64,000 nt of DNA, taken from positions 49,662,001 to 49,726,000 of the forward strand of contig NW_027266319.1 of assembly GCF_022045235.1 (NCBI RefSeq), given 5' to 3'. This document shows positions 10,405 to 23,461 of this stretch, in pieces. The position numbers were made by a program, and so were the translations under genes. The stretch comes from Haliotis cracherodii (taxonomy: Eukaryota). How positions within the stretch are numbered: position 1 is the stretch's first letter; each line of letters starts with the position of its first letter. The notes under the pieces are model-generated. The model saw only the letters and a list, made by a program, of their open reading frames with translations, ran no database searches and was not told the DNA's origin.

Positions 10405-13400
10405 CTGAAATAGACAGACAACATCATAAGTCTACGAGAATCACTGAAATACAAACAAACTAGTCTCCCAGAATCACTTAAATAAAACAAACCCCCATTA
10501 AGTCTTTGAAAAATACAACACACACACAGAAACACCGATGTGGTTAAAAAATCAACCTTTGTCAGTCATGACTATGTTCCAACATGTCAATGAGGAAATA
10601 CTGCAAATATTCAGGAAGTGACAATGGTTTATGATGCACAGGATCTGTCATCATCCCACAGCAACTCGATAAGTACCTTCCTTGACACTCTCATGACGGC
10701 TACACATCTCAATACACACATCGTAGTCACAATACACAGATCTCTTAAACTAGAAACACAAGTATAACACAGGCATAAATCTAAACTAAAAAATAAAACA
10801 TCAACCTAGCATCAACCTAGATAAACTCAGACACTTCCCACAGGCAAGATCGACATAGCTGTCATTCTTAGCTGTAAACACAACATTGCCCATTCAATGA
10901 CAGTATTGAATTCATAGCATAGCTTTTTTCAATGGGAAAGGGTAGGGCCCTCCTCGATCAATCGAGTCATCTACCCATGACACAGACGTGACCTCATTGC
11001 GTCTACATTACCTTCAAACATTGTGTATGCCCTCCTACACCCAAATGTCTCAAGCAGATCACATGTACTCCGGCTTACGGGTTACAAATATATACACTGG
11101 GAAGTGGATGGTGGTCCAGCCACAAAGGGTTCACCCTAGCCTGAATCAGCCTCATCATGGATGCCAGCAGGGAGAGTCTGCTTCGTGCACATTGTGTACA
11201 GTCAAGTGCAGAAAATCAATAGCTTCTATATGCTGCAGAGTGGTGATGTCATACGGCAGAAAAAATAGCTGGGAATGTGGGATTAGGAGACTGCCAGGAA
11301 ATACCTGGATATCGTGGATAATTCCTGCCAGATCAATATTCTGCGATAACCTAGGAAACATGCCCTAAGCTGGAGTACTTCTCATAAACTGTATAATTAA
11401 TCCAATCTGCTCCACAGAGCCAACAGCAAGATGAGAACATAACATGGTAATATGAATAAAACATTGTTAGGATCACTTCAATTTAAAAATGTGTTTCACA
11501 AGCATAATTGCATTTAACTTTAAAAACAAAATTCACCTTACAGTCCCAGGCACAGATTTGTAATACATGATTCAAATGTTATTCACAGTAACCCTTATAA
11601 ACATTACATTAATATGCAATAAAATATGTTCATACTTAGTATCATTCTGATAAGAATTCGTACTGGTGAACTACACAAGGTCCAAGTTGCAAATGAACCC
11701 TCCAACTCTACTGCCTGTAATATAGCTGGGATAATCCCCTCGGCTTATCCCTTCAAGCTGAGAGGAGGGCAGGACAATGGGGTGGAGCTGATCCCCTTAG
11801 GGTGGGAGAGGGACTGGGTCCAGTGATGCCAGCTAAGCTTGTGAAAGTGGATTACCCCCTGAGGTGACAAGGCTGTCTGTTGAGCCCTATTGTTTTACTA
11901 ATGGTGTGAAACAACACACTGTCTAACTGTCATTGTGGCACTAACTGTGTGATTTTTACCACCCTTGCTTGTTTTTGCTGCATGTATTTGCTGAGTCTAG
12001 CTGTTTCCTCACACATTATGTCTAAAGCTGTGGGTTTATTTGATGATTGAATCCAATAAGTAAGCCTGATTGCGCTGCATTCTTTGTCCAGACTGTATAG
12101 TGGCAGAACAAATATTGGCAGACGGCACTCTCCTATCTTTTGTTGGAAGTGTTAGCTGTTATTTTGTATCTTCATAGAGATACTGGATGATGATCAAAGA
12201 ATTTTTTTTCAAACCAAACCTTAACATTCAAACAACAAAAACTAGACATTTTGGACAATAATCAGACATAGAACCAATAAAGTATTTTAATGACAAAATA
12301 TCATACAAACTTCCTCATATATTTTTTAGGATAAAGAAACAAGAATAATTATACTTGCAATATGTAATGTGGATTTAATCTCACATTCAAATTAATCTGA
12401 CCATTGTATGGCTGCATTTGAACTGAGCTGAAAACATCATATGCTAATGTTTTGCCATATTGATCCGCTACCCAAGCTACATGTAAGACAAACACAAGAG
12501 GGTGTGATATTAATGAATCAATAGTTCATCAAGTGTGCCTAAAATGAGTAATGCTGTATAATTTGTAATTCTGTCAAATAAAACATGGCCATAACCACAC
12601 TGACTCATATCTTACTCCAATCAGCCACACGCTCAAAATCAATAATGTGTATTTATCCTAATCAATTAAGTTCTCTCATATTTTTTTCAGAAAATATCTT
12701 AAAAGTTTATTCTCTCCTGGGTCTTTAAAAATTACAAATATATTTGCTGATGCAAGATTTAAGTATGCCAATGAACACATGTGGTGTTATTGAGAAAGTG
12801 TTGTGGTGCTATTGAGAAGGTGTTAGGATGCTGTATTGTTCTATACTGTGATAATATTGATGTTCCCTCCCCATGTATTTGATGTTCTGTTGGTGTTTTA
12901 GCAGCATTTGTTACCTGCACACTGATCAAAGCACTCCGAGTCTTTGATCTGATGGGTAAGATCAACACGTTATTGTTGCCAATAAAAGACAATAAAGCAA
13001 TTAAGCAAGTCTAATTAATAAACTCTCAATACCCTAATTAACCTACATCAAAGCTGAACACAAGCTTGGCACTGTTCAACAGACAAAATACAATAGGTTT
13101 GGAATCCTTGCTTCAACTTTAACAATTATACCATGTACAGCATCAAAATGCAGCTGTTTTACTAAATTTCATAAGCTGAAAAAAACAGAAAAAAATTCAC
13201 CAAAGTAAATGATCTTTTATTTCAAGAAATTGCAAAATTCTTTGAAAAATTTGTGCAAAAGGGAGTTTGTTTGGTGTATGAGTGCTGCATTTTCACCAGC
13301 AGTATGAAATATGAATTTTCTGTAGACATTACTTTTGCTTAATGTTTTCGCCCAAGTGTTTCTGATGCATTGGGTATCAGTTTACTCAGCTGGCCATATC

Positions 13401-14804
13401 TTTTTCTTGTGGAGACTTTGCCAATTTGTCTTGTCAAGTCTGGTAACAGCACACTTCAATATCCCATCACACAACAACTGGGGGATAACCAAATTTATGA
13501 ATGCTTCAAGCTAATGCCAATGTTATACAAAACTGGAGTAAACTCTATTTCTCACTGAGAGACTTGCAACTTATCAATCAGCAATTTTTTATTAATGGTT
13601 CAAGCCTAACACAGCTGAGGCAAGCTCGCTAAAGTAGAAAACCTATTCTCACCTCTACGAAGAGCTCTATTCAAAAGAGCCAGGGCATCAACAAATTGGG
13701 CACAGGTTTCCATCTTTGACACATCCATCTCTATGACTGCCACGTATAGCACTAGACTGACATAGAGATCTCAACTCATCATAACTTATATACCCTGTCA
13801 ACCAGTATCTACACAGCCTTTCTCACTCAATCAGCTACCACAACACAACAAGCACCATCACTACCAACTGGCTTCTCTGGAACAACACTGGCTTCACTAC
13901 TCTGCAGGATTACCTGCTCGTTAAGCATCAAAGGCTTAACAAGGTTGAAGAGATGAGTTGTGTTCAGAAAAGACACTAGCCTATGAAGGGAGATTACTGC
14001 TTCGCCTTGCTTGGGTTGTTTTGTTGTAACAGTTGATTGAGTTGATCTTGAGATGGTCACACAACTGCAGTTATATGCTTACTCATGAACATGGAGTTTG
14101 GCCTCAACAATATTTATTTCCCAAAAATTGCCTGCAGGGAGGATAACATGTAAACCGAAACAAGAACTTCTTTCCGCCCGAAGAAAGACAGAGCTCCACA
14201 TAACATTTTGAGCAACTGAGTTTTTACTCTTGGGTTTCTATTTTATTTGGGTTATTACATTTTTCATTGGGTAACCAGTATGTCTACCTTCATCCATTCA
14301 TCACTCTATACTCAATTGGGTTTTTCCAAAACTTACTGAACATCTTAAGATTTAAAAAAAATAAAATAATGTTTTAGATGTATATCACTGTTCTAAATAT
14401 ATAGTCTTGACTTAGAAAGTAAATTTGCTCATAATTGTGTTTCGGAAATTAGCTCCTTTGTATGCATGCTGAAAAAGCTTCATTTGGTATTTACACATGC
14501 TGTTTTTATAAATTTGAGTTCTTCATTTAATGCATGCGTTTCTGTACACAAGTTAATTGTCAGTGGAAGACATTAATATAAAACTCTCAAAGCAAATATT
14601 TGGAACCAGTAGTAGGCAATGATACCAATTATTAGAGACTATTTTATTACTGGTACTGAAAATGGGTGTTACCTTAATCAAATCCAATGCTCGCCTTTTC
14701 GTTTCAAATGTATCATGAGTTTTTTAAAGGATAGACACTAAGTTTCTTGATCAGAGATTTGTTAACCAATTAAATGTATGGTAATCATACTTGTCCATGT
14801 CACT

Positions 14805-16375
14805 GGTAATACACCCATTGGTTCGTGTTATTTCATACGAGGTGGTGAGGTGAAATAGGGCTTGATATCGCATTATTCATGATTACTTCACTTACATAGT
14901 GACATTTATTATCCACGTGGTGAAGATACAGGTGGTAAGATACTAAATCCGTACGTCACACGTGTGTCGTACAAGGTTGACCTTGTTTTATTCGTTTTGA
15001 TTGGATAACCGTGACCTCTGTCACACCGGGACTACATTTTTCATTCATAAAAAAATCGCGAGACGTCATTCATTTTGCGAATACAAGGCAGAACTGAAGA
15101 AATTCATGAGAATGAGAGATATTTACAAACACTGTATTAAACCAAACAAGATAGTCACACGCATCAAATTCGGTTTGCATTCTATATAAGTTATGCATAA
15201 AGCTTCTACAGACATATAATCGAGCTAGATCTATAAATCGATTTACAATGTACGACTGCCGATCAAGCGCGTCCCTTGAGCGTGACGCACCCGTCCACTT
15301 TCGCAACTTTCAAATTGATTTAACGTAAAAGGATAAGCGTGGTGAAATGAAGTCTGTTTAAACTATCTGGACAGATATCTAGACTTACTTGGGATGATCC
15401 GGTTGTGCCATCGGTGTCCCCTTTGAAGCGTATTTTGTGGCGCTGTTTCGGGAGGTGTTGTTCATGAATGAACGTACACGACAGCACGACCAGATCACTT
15501 ATAGTTCACAGTTCCGATACAAATCATTCGAAAACTCCATGGAAGTGTGCCTGACTTCTGATTTTGTGGCCCCAAACATCACAAATGTGAACAATAACAT
15601 TCCCTATCTCTAGCGTGAAACGCTGTGAGTGGATCGCGGTTATCTTTTCTTATTCCGGTGGCGACCTTGCCCTTCGATCGTTCGAAGCTGTCATTGACAA
15701 GAAGGCAGATTTGAGTTTGTTGATTTTCACGTCTTCAGTAAAGGGTGGTACAGTTAACATGAATGTCTTTGGCGAACAGTCTGATTTCCCTCTTCCAAAA
15801 TGGTACGGACATGATATAAATTCAGCTGATAGATCAAGGAAACCGAACCATTTTGATTGCACAAACGGGACCACGGCAGTGCGAGCGACTGTTGGTCCGA
15901 TATTCAAAGCGCGGCGCTAATGTGACATCTCAAATTTTCTTATCGGTGTCCTGCGTACTAACAACATTGCGCTTGAATTACCATAAGTTGAAGACTTTCT
16001 TCCAAAAGCATCTTGAGGGTCGGTGCTGGTTTGTTTGCAAACAGAACAGCAGGCGCATGTTGTTAATGCGTATGCATAAACATGTCAACAATGCCCATAT
16101 TTGGTCATATATCAATATTCATGCGCAACCAGATTTTGCAACCGGTTTCAGTTTGGTCTGTCAACGAACGAAAGTTGTTATGTATTTACACTTTAATATA
16201 TATTTACCGTGGGTAATAAATAAAATACCACACTCATTCTCGTTAGATACCATTTTTACGAAACTCGTGAACTTTCTATGGTATCTGACCTCGCTTTCGC
16301 TCGGTCAGATACCATAGAAAGTCCACTCGTTTCGTAAAAATGGTATCTGACGAGAATGAGTGTAGTATTCTCTAT
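14805..16375. mobile_element. CpG-rich non-autonomous element with a terminal long hairpin (Crypton-like)
   Basis: Abrupt CpG enrichment; 146-bp palindrome at 16224-16369; inverted similarity between ~14905-14930 and ~16200-16220. Confidence 0.55.
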
Positions 16376-16384
16376 GTGTGTGAC

Positions 16385-16610
16385 TGCCTGTACTGGTCCG
16401 GACTTATGCTTGTTTTATAGTTTCAGCCCACTGAGATACCACGACACAGTTTAACATGGATACCACCTCAAGACATTATACTGACTCAGAGCCAACCAAT
16501 CCTTGTTTTATGCCCTTACAGTCGAGCACCAGGCAGGGTAACAACAAGTAGCACATTTTACCATCTTTTGGTATGACACGGTCAGGGAACTGAACCACAT
16601 TTATCCACTA
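16385..16610 (-). mobile_element. Degenerate V-domain (RUDI-like) molluscan SINE
   Basis: cattatactgactcagagccaaccaatcct...cgagcaccaggcagg...tttggtatgacacggtcagggaactgaacc resembles recalled molluscan V-SINE consensus. Confidence 0.55.
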
Positions 16611-16925
16611 CACCACAGATGTGGTGTATCTCATTAATTGTCACTCTGGCCACCCTGTGGTAGCCACTGGGTTAAGGATGCTATACCCAGAAATCTGTAT
16701 CAGTGGGAGTCAGCATGTTTAGTGCAGCTATTGGACGATCTCATATGGAGAATACTACTGTATAATTATACCACTGCTGCTTGTTTGAATTTTGGGGAGA
16801 GATATCTATAAAGGCTCTGCCTGTTTTAATCTCCTTTCACTGTACCGAGTGGAAATAAATATGGAGAATGCTATTCTGAGAAAGTTCTTCATAGCAATTA
16901 ACACATCAGTAAGAATTCTACTCAC

Positions 16926-17073
16926 AATCAAACCTGGATGTGGTAAGACTGGGCAAGCTCTGGGAGCTGGCGCTACGACTGAGATCGGAGCCAACAGAAC
17001 CGGGTAATGATGTGGTACTCTTGGATAAGTCAGCAGCGATCTCGCTCATACTCCGAGCACTTGGCAATGTTGC
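16926..17073 (-). CDS. FRMD4A: FRMD4 exon: ATLPSARSMSEIAADLSKSTTSLPGSVGSDLSRSASSQSLPSLTTSRFD
   Basis: tttcag|...|gtgagt; 148 nt, phase 0->1; ARSMSEIAADL resembles ARSLSEIAIDL. Confidence 0.93.
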
Positions 17074-17917
17074 CTGAAACATAAAAGTTCATGACATAAA
17101 CTTCATGTTAAGGTTGTAAAATATGTTCCATAAATCATGATTAATCAAACATCTACCATTTCATTACATGGTGCAAGGTGTACCAAACTTTCTTCATTAT
17201 CATTTTCCAATTTGAAAACATCTTTCGACACAGATAACAGTCAGTCAAATGTCCTAGAAAGTAAATCGATCTGAACCCTGATAGACAGGTTAACCTTGTC
17301 TAATTCTGTTTCATATCGTGAAATAAAATATCTTATCCATTCAGATTTCTGCATATCACAGGCTAGTTCATGCAACATCTGGGGAAGCGAATTACTCGAT
17401 GACATCTTTACAATGGCCATATTTCAAACACTTCAATTGCCAGAGATCAGAAGGCTGGTCTCCAAGAATGAGGGATAACTAAACAGTATGTTCTGGCTTT
17501 CTTCCAAACAATAGCAATACAAATAAGGACTCAGGACTGGGTTGGGGAAGAAGAGGGAGAGAATGGGATATCAGGACTGCAAGTTTTCCAGCCAGAAAAA
17601 AACAACTTCTGTTGGTTTTTTGTTTGTTTGTTTTCAGATCAAGTAAATGTATAACTGGATCAAAAACACAGTGAAAAAAATCCTGAAACACCTAAGGGAC
17701 ACAACTCTGCACTCTGAATCGCAAGACCTCAGTTGACTTGACCAACCGTTAACCACGATTAGATAGCATTCCCAGTTGATCTATCCAAGAAATGGCTAAG
17801 AGATAAACTCCAGTTAATCGGGAAACCAGTATGTAAAGAATTTTTACAAACAAGGCCAATTGTCTTTCCTTACCCGAAAATACAAAACATTTCAAATCAT
17901 CAGGAAGATTGTCCTAC

Positions 17918-18059
17918 CTTGCTTTGTTTGCGATCGAGGTAGAACTGATGTTGCGCGACAGCCATTTGCCAGACACATTTTGTAAGTTGATGTGTTGCCG
18001 CGAACCATGCATGAACGTTGACGTTACCAGGGCCGAACGTTCTTCGGCTCACAGAGACC
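17918..18059 (-). CDS. FRMD4A: FRMD4 exon, end of FERM: VSVSRRTFGPGNVNVHAWFAATHQLTKCVWQMAVAQHQFYLDRKQSK
   Basis: cttcag|...|gtagga; 142 nt, phase 2->0; RRTFG and QHQFYLDRKQSK as in FRMD4A/B. Confidence 0.96.
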
Positions 18060-18358
18060 CTGAAGACAGAGCATGGCATGTTATATGTAGCTGAACATTC
18101 TATTAATTATCATGTAAATTATCCAGTCATGACTCAACAGTATCTTGTGAACATCACATATAGAGAAGATATTTTTACAGCATGAACAAATCAATGATTA
18201 GAATTCGTCTTACTATGTGTACAGTATTTACTACTAGAATTTTTTAATGGCTTAAATAGTCAAAGCAACAAATAGTTCTTATTGTCATATGAATACCACA
18301 CACATACAGATCTATTTAAGCTGTGGAACATATCTTTCTGCAGTTACAACAGAACTGA

Positions 18359-18639
18359 GTGAGTGAGTGTGTTGGGTTTAATGCCGCTTTTAACAGTATT
18401 CCAGTTATATCACGGCGTGTCAGCTAAATGTGGTATGAAAGCCCGAAGTGATGCAGGTCTCAGACATTTACCACCTTGGTGAAACCCACGAGCACGGGTA
18501 TGGTGCTGACAAACCTAGAAACATAATCGGGGGGAACCGGGATTAGAACCCACAATCATAGGTTTCTGGCGTGCCCAAGGGACGCAACTCTGCACAGTGG
18601 ATCGCGACGCCTTAGACGACTGGGCCACCCCTGCCCCCA
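18359..18639 (-). mobile_element. Family C tRNA-derived SINE (~280 bp)
   Basis: Head GGGGCAGGGGTGGCCCAGTCGTCTAAGGCG...GGTTCTAATCCC; (CACT)n tail; TSD acaacagaactga/acaacaaaactga. Confidence 0.88.
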
Positions 18640-19802
18640 ACAACAAAACTGAAAGACAAAGGTATGTTGTCTTTCACAACATCAAGTGAATATATACCAA
18701 ATGAAAAATCATATCCCATGATAAGTGATAACTATTCTACCACACGGGCAGGTAACTGTGCACAACAGGCAAACACAAATAACACAAAAAAAACCACAAG
18801 CATACACAATCCAAACTAGAACACAAAGAAGATATATCTCTCATTTTGATACATGTTGGAAATAATCTAAGATTACTATTGCAGCTACAAGCACATATAT
18901 ATATATGCTTCAAGCAATATTGTCATAGTGGGATGATATCGGAATGTTTATGTGGATGTTGGAATGCTGCTGCAGGGATGAGGATGATGTCTGATTCAGC
19001 TGCTTTGTTGACCAAAGCAGGAGCCGAAACACTAATTGTAATCACGTAACTTAATTTAATCCACCCAGCTTTAGAAATTGGCACTAGTCCTGTAGTTCTT
19101 GCCAAACTGCCCAATGGTAAAGGTATCATAAGGACTAGTAGAAATGTGGCCTTTAAGGTTTTGCTATATGTTATCATTATAAGGACTTGTGGACGAAAAC
19201 TGTTAGTTCCAAACCCTGTGACAACCCTGATGAACAGTAAGAGGTTAAACTGATGTTTCTTTTAGAAGTAATTGAGTGGGTTTAACACCGCTTTTAACAA
19301 TTTTTTCAGTTATATCATGGAAAGCCCAAAGTGATGCAGGTGTCAGACATTTACCACCTTGGTGAAACCCACCAGCATGGTATGGTGCTGACAAACCTAG
19401 AAACAATCGTGTCTAACCGCTTCTTTTAGCATTATTCAAGCAATATCACATTGACGCCAAAAGTAGACATACATTGTACACGGTAGATAGAACCTGACAA
19501 AACGCTTTAACCACCATGAGCCATGATCAAAAGCACCACTGAAACTATCCTCTCCATTCAAGGAACAATTTTAACTAAACTTTCATTTTCAGAAGCATTA
19601 AAAATCCATTTCAACGACATGTTATTGAATTAATTTTCGATTTTAAAATCAAAATTTAAATATAAGTCTTCCCCAAGGGCATATCCATACAGAGACGTTA
19701 GACAGAAATTATTTCACGATGTGCATGATGTTTACAAGCAACCAAGGCTCCCTGGCTTTGTGCTGTTCCCAAGGCCAACCTGCTGCCGTGTCACATACTT
19801 AC

Positions 19803-19907
19803 TGGGTGCTCGGGTCGGATATTGCATCCGAGAGGTCATCAAATTCTGTTAATGGTTCACGTATTGCGTCCTCATAAAGGTTGAAACTGCTCAACGTGTG
19901 GATGACA
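19803..19907 (-). CDS. FRMD4A: FRMD4 symmetric (possibly cassette) exon: VIHTLSSFNLYEDAIREPLTEFDDLSDAISDPSTQ
   Basis: ctatttag|...|gtaagt; 105 nt, phase 2->2, open in the required frame, CpG-rich coding-like composition. Confidence 0.8.
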
Positions 19908-21667
19908 CTAAATAGTCGGAACAAACATATCAGGTAAGCTGATGCACCAACATTCAAGATCTCAATTTTCCTGAAAATCTGGTCATCTATTCTATTTTAT
20001 TTTTGCGTTCTAAACAAATTGGATTAAAAAATAATGTTTGTTTTTTAATCCTGAAGGAAGAGAGGCCTTTTCAACTTCACCAAAAATGTAAGGACAAAAA
20101 AAATATAAAATCCAAAAATCAATATACCATTTTTTGAATACTCACAGTCGTGGTTCAATTTAAAAGGTCCTTTGAAATAAGTTTCAAAGGAAAAAGAAAA
20201 GTCATACCTGTTTCAACTTGAAAGAAGGTGCCTCTGAAATTCTATTTTCGTAAGAAAGATCGCGAGCAAGTATTCCCCACACCCTGGATAAGTTACTGCC
20301 ATGACAACACACATGGATCCTAACAACCCATGCATTAACCCCGCTATTTCCAAGCCATTAACCCTTCAACCGCCAGTTACGTCATCCAAAATTCCATGAG
20401 TGGACATTAGAGCTTAACCTGTCGTTTCTGAAAATCATGCAAATGGGTTGCACTGTATCAGTCCTACATGCACAAAGACGTTGCTCTGATACGTTTTGAA
20501 ATCACTCATCAATATTTGTTGTACTTTTGGATGTGTTTGCGAAGTTCTGTTAGTATGTGATGAAAGGTGCAAAGTTGCTAAGAAAATGAATAATCAAAAT
20601 TAATTTATTCAATCAAGTTCCGTATGTATTTTGAATGGTGAGATGCTAGGATGATTATGATGATGATTATGATGATGATAAATGAGGCCAATAATGCCAA
20701 TAGGGTTAAAGCAGAATGAAGAGGGTGATGATTCTGCTACTGGTAACAACTAGGATAAAATGGTACTGATAGTGATGATGGTGATGGTGATGATGATGAA
20801 GGGACAGAGCATGCAGCCATGCACAGACAAAAGCAGAGCAGGCACTGCAAGTCAGGGTTTTCCCAATGGAACAATTCACATTCAATATGCAATCCTGCAC
20901 AACTTCAAAGAGTTATCTCCCTTTGGTCACCATCTTGGACATCTTAAAAACTAGTCAAACTGACAAGATTCCCATATAATAGATCATGCAAAACTTGTTA
21001 TCCAGTGAGCATGTGCATTAGCATGTGTTTTAGGTACAAATTGTGAGTAATTTTCAGGAAAAAATATATTTGTCTCCTTCACCATAAAACCCAAATTCCC
21101 AAAAAGGAATGTTAGATGAAGGATGCAAACCAACCCTCCTTTCAAGCTGTTAGAAAGTGAACCCATTTTCATGTAGTTTGATATTAATTTGAATATTTTG
21201 TATCAATATGTAAGTCCTGAGGCACCTTTATTCAAATGAAGCAGGTTATGAAGTGATATAACGATAACATGGTCACCATTTCAAGGTTTCATTTCAAAAG
21301 TAAGTACGATGATTCGCCTTTGAAAAACTAACAACTGTACAGTCTCCTAAATTATGTTAAATTATTTTTCCTCTTTTTGTATAAATCATCAATCGTTACA
21401 ACCAGGATGTATTCTCAACCCCACCCCCACTCAGAACAAATGAAACATTCAATTCTAAATTCATGCAAACACAGAGATTCAAATTATAAGTGCACTATGT
21501 CTAGACAATTTATGGATGCATGACAGATGTATAATCAAATTAACACCAAACAGGTAAATAAACCATGCTAGCTGGTTTAAGATACATCTGTGAAGTTACA
21601 TGTGCAGTTGTGACTAGACACACGGTACGCAGGAATGAGGCGTCTTCCACACAACATCAACACTTAC

Positions 21668-21744
21668 CGTTTGGGATCATGCACTTCTATTGAGAACTTC
21701 TTGTCTCTATAATACAGGTTTTCTAGCTGTTTCCATGTGAATAA
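21668..21744 (-). CDS. FRMD4A: FRMD4 exon: LFTWKQLENLYYRDKKFSIEVHDPKR
   Basis: ttccag|...|gtaagt; 77 nt, phase 0->2; matches FQWRQLENLYFREKKFSVEVHDPRR. Confidence 0.96.
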
Positions 21745-22390
21745 CTGGAAAATATACAAAATATCATGTGGCATATTTGAAATATATCTCACAGATTGTT
21801 GAGGTATATCTGGAATACATCATAAATATCATGTTGCATATTTGAAATATATCTCACAGATTGTGTGGTACATCTGGAATATATCATAAATATCATGTTG
21901 CATATTAGAAATATATCTCACAGATTGTGTGGTATATCTGGAATATATCATAAATACCATATGGCATATTTGAAATATATCTCACAGATTGTGTGGTATA
22001 TCTGGAATATATCATAAATATCATGTTGCATATTTGAAATATATCTCACAGATTGTGTGGTATATCTGGAATATATCATAAATATCATGTTGCATATTTG
22101 AAATATATCTCACAGATTGTGTGGCATATCTGGTATATATCATAAATACCATATGGCATATTTGAAATATATCTCACAGATTGTGTGGTATATCTGGCAT
22201 ATATCGTTAATATCATGTGTCATTTCTGAAGTATATCCACCAGATCGTGTTGCATACCTGGAATATATTATAAAAGATGTGGTATATTTCAAATATATCC
22301 CACTGAATGTGTGGTGCATCTGGAAAAAATCATAAATGTAATATGACATTTTTTGAATATATCCAACAGATAATGTGGCCTACCTAAGAT
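21745..22390. repeat. 64-bp AT-rich minisatellite (two related ~32-bp halves), ~10 copies, abutting an exon acceptor
   Basis: CTCACAGATT at 21853, 21917, 21981, 22045, 22109, 22173. Confidence 0.9.
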
Positions 22391-23149
22391 GTAGTAACAC
22401 AGATCATATAACACACCTCTGTTCTGGAATTGGCAAAATGAGGAACTGTAGTGGATGGTTGTTTCTGGTTGTCACTTAACAACAACACTGACGCACACTC
22501 ATCTCTCGGTGCAAGGACCTCGGCAACAGTCCAAGGGAGATAACTCTCCTGTCTTACATGTCATCAGCGTCTGACAGTGGCAAAACAATAATCCTGCTGA
22601 CAAGCATGATGACAGGACCTGTCTCTGCCAACAAGAAGTTGCATGGGCAACAGTCCAAGGGAGATAACTCTCCTTTCTAACATGTCATGAGTACACCCAC
22701 ATCAGACACATAGCTCCCTCTTCATGCTTTGAGATCATGTTACAGGAAGTGCCCTCTTCATGAAGATCATTTCAGTTCACTTTCATTACTCGCAAAAAGT
22801 ATGTTATCCAGAAAGCATTAACCAGAAACAGAAGGTGCCACAGTGCTCAGAGTTCCATTATCTCCAGGTGAAGGTTTCAACTTGACACTTCCTGTTCAAG
22901 CAAACTCCACAAAGGTCACAGGTCAAACTTTCAGGTCCTATTATTCAACCACCTGGGTTGAAGTAACTTGTTTCTCTCAGTTGCATCTATTCATTCTAGA
23001 CACAACACTTCCCAGTTTCTAACAGGACAGAGATGATGATGATGACGATGACAATGATGTCCGTCAGGAATGGAGCAAAACAACTTAGCAGCGACAGCCT
23101 GACTTTTCCATCTATGGTCAAAACAGTCCAGCATGACCAGGAATAAATG

Positions 23150-23445
23150 AATGTTGTTTTACGCCCAAGTCAGCAGTATTCCATCAATGTCACTGTCTGG
23201 ATCAGGCAAACCTGTTGTTGATAGCATGGTAAAAATGTCATCAGGTCATTGTGTCCCACAATCTGCCAAGTCACACATTGTAACCGCCTGACTTCCATAA
23301 GTCGGCTCTTGTGACAAGAACCCATGAAGATCTGGGGTAGAATAGGTCTTCAGCAACCCATGCTTGCCGTAAAAGGTGACCATGCTTGTATTAAGAGGTG
23401 ACTAACGGGATCGGGTTGTCAGGCTAGCTGACTTGGCTGACACAT
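23150..23445. mobile_element. Two family A fragments head-to-head (old - copy ~23150-23318; + copy head ~23319-23445) next to an exon donor
   Basis: acccatgaagatctggggtagaataggtcttcagc head; upstream degenerate tail/body. Confidence 0.72.
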
Positions 23446-23461
23446 ATCTAATAGACCTTAC

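Noticed and set aside
15650-15907. 85-aa ORF with a CPYHF motif (THAP-like?) inside the CpG-rich element
   Set aside because: Lacks the N-terminal CxxxxC and other THAP residues; no recognisable recombinase or transposase motif.
20140-20400. Promoter-like patch (CRE-like TTACGTCA, CpGs) with donor-like GTGAGT/GTATGA
   Set aside because: No in-phase ATG-to-donor frame; the motifs alone are insufficient.
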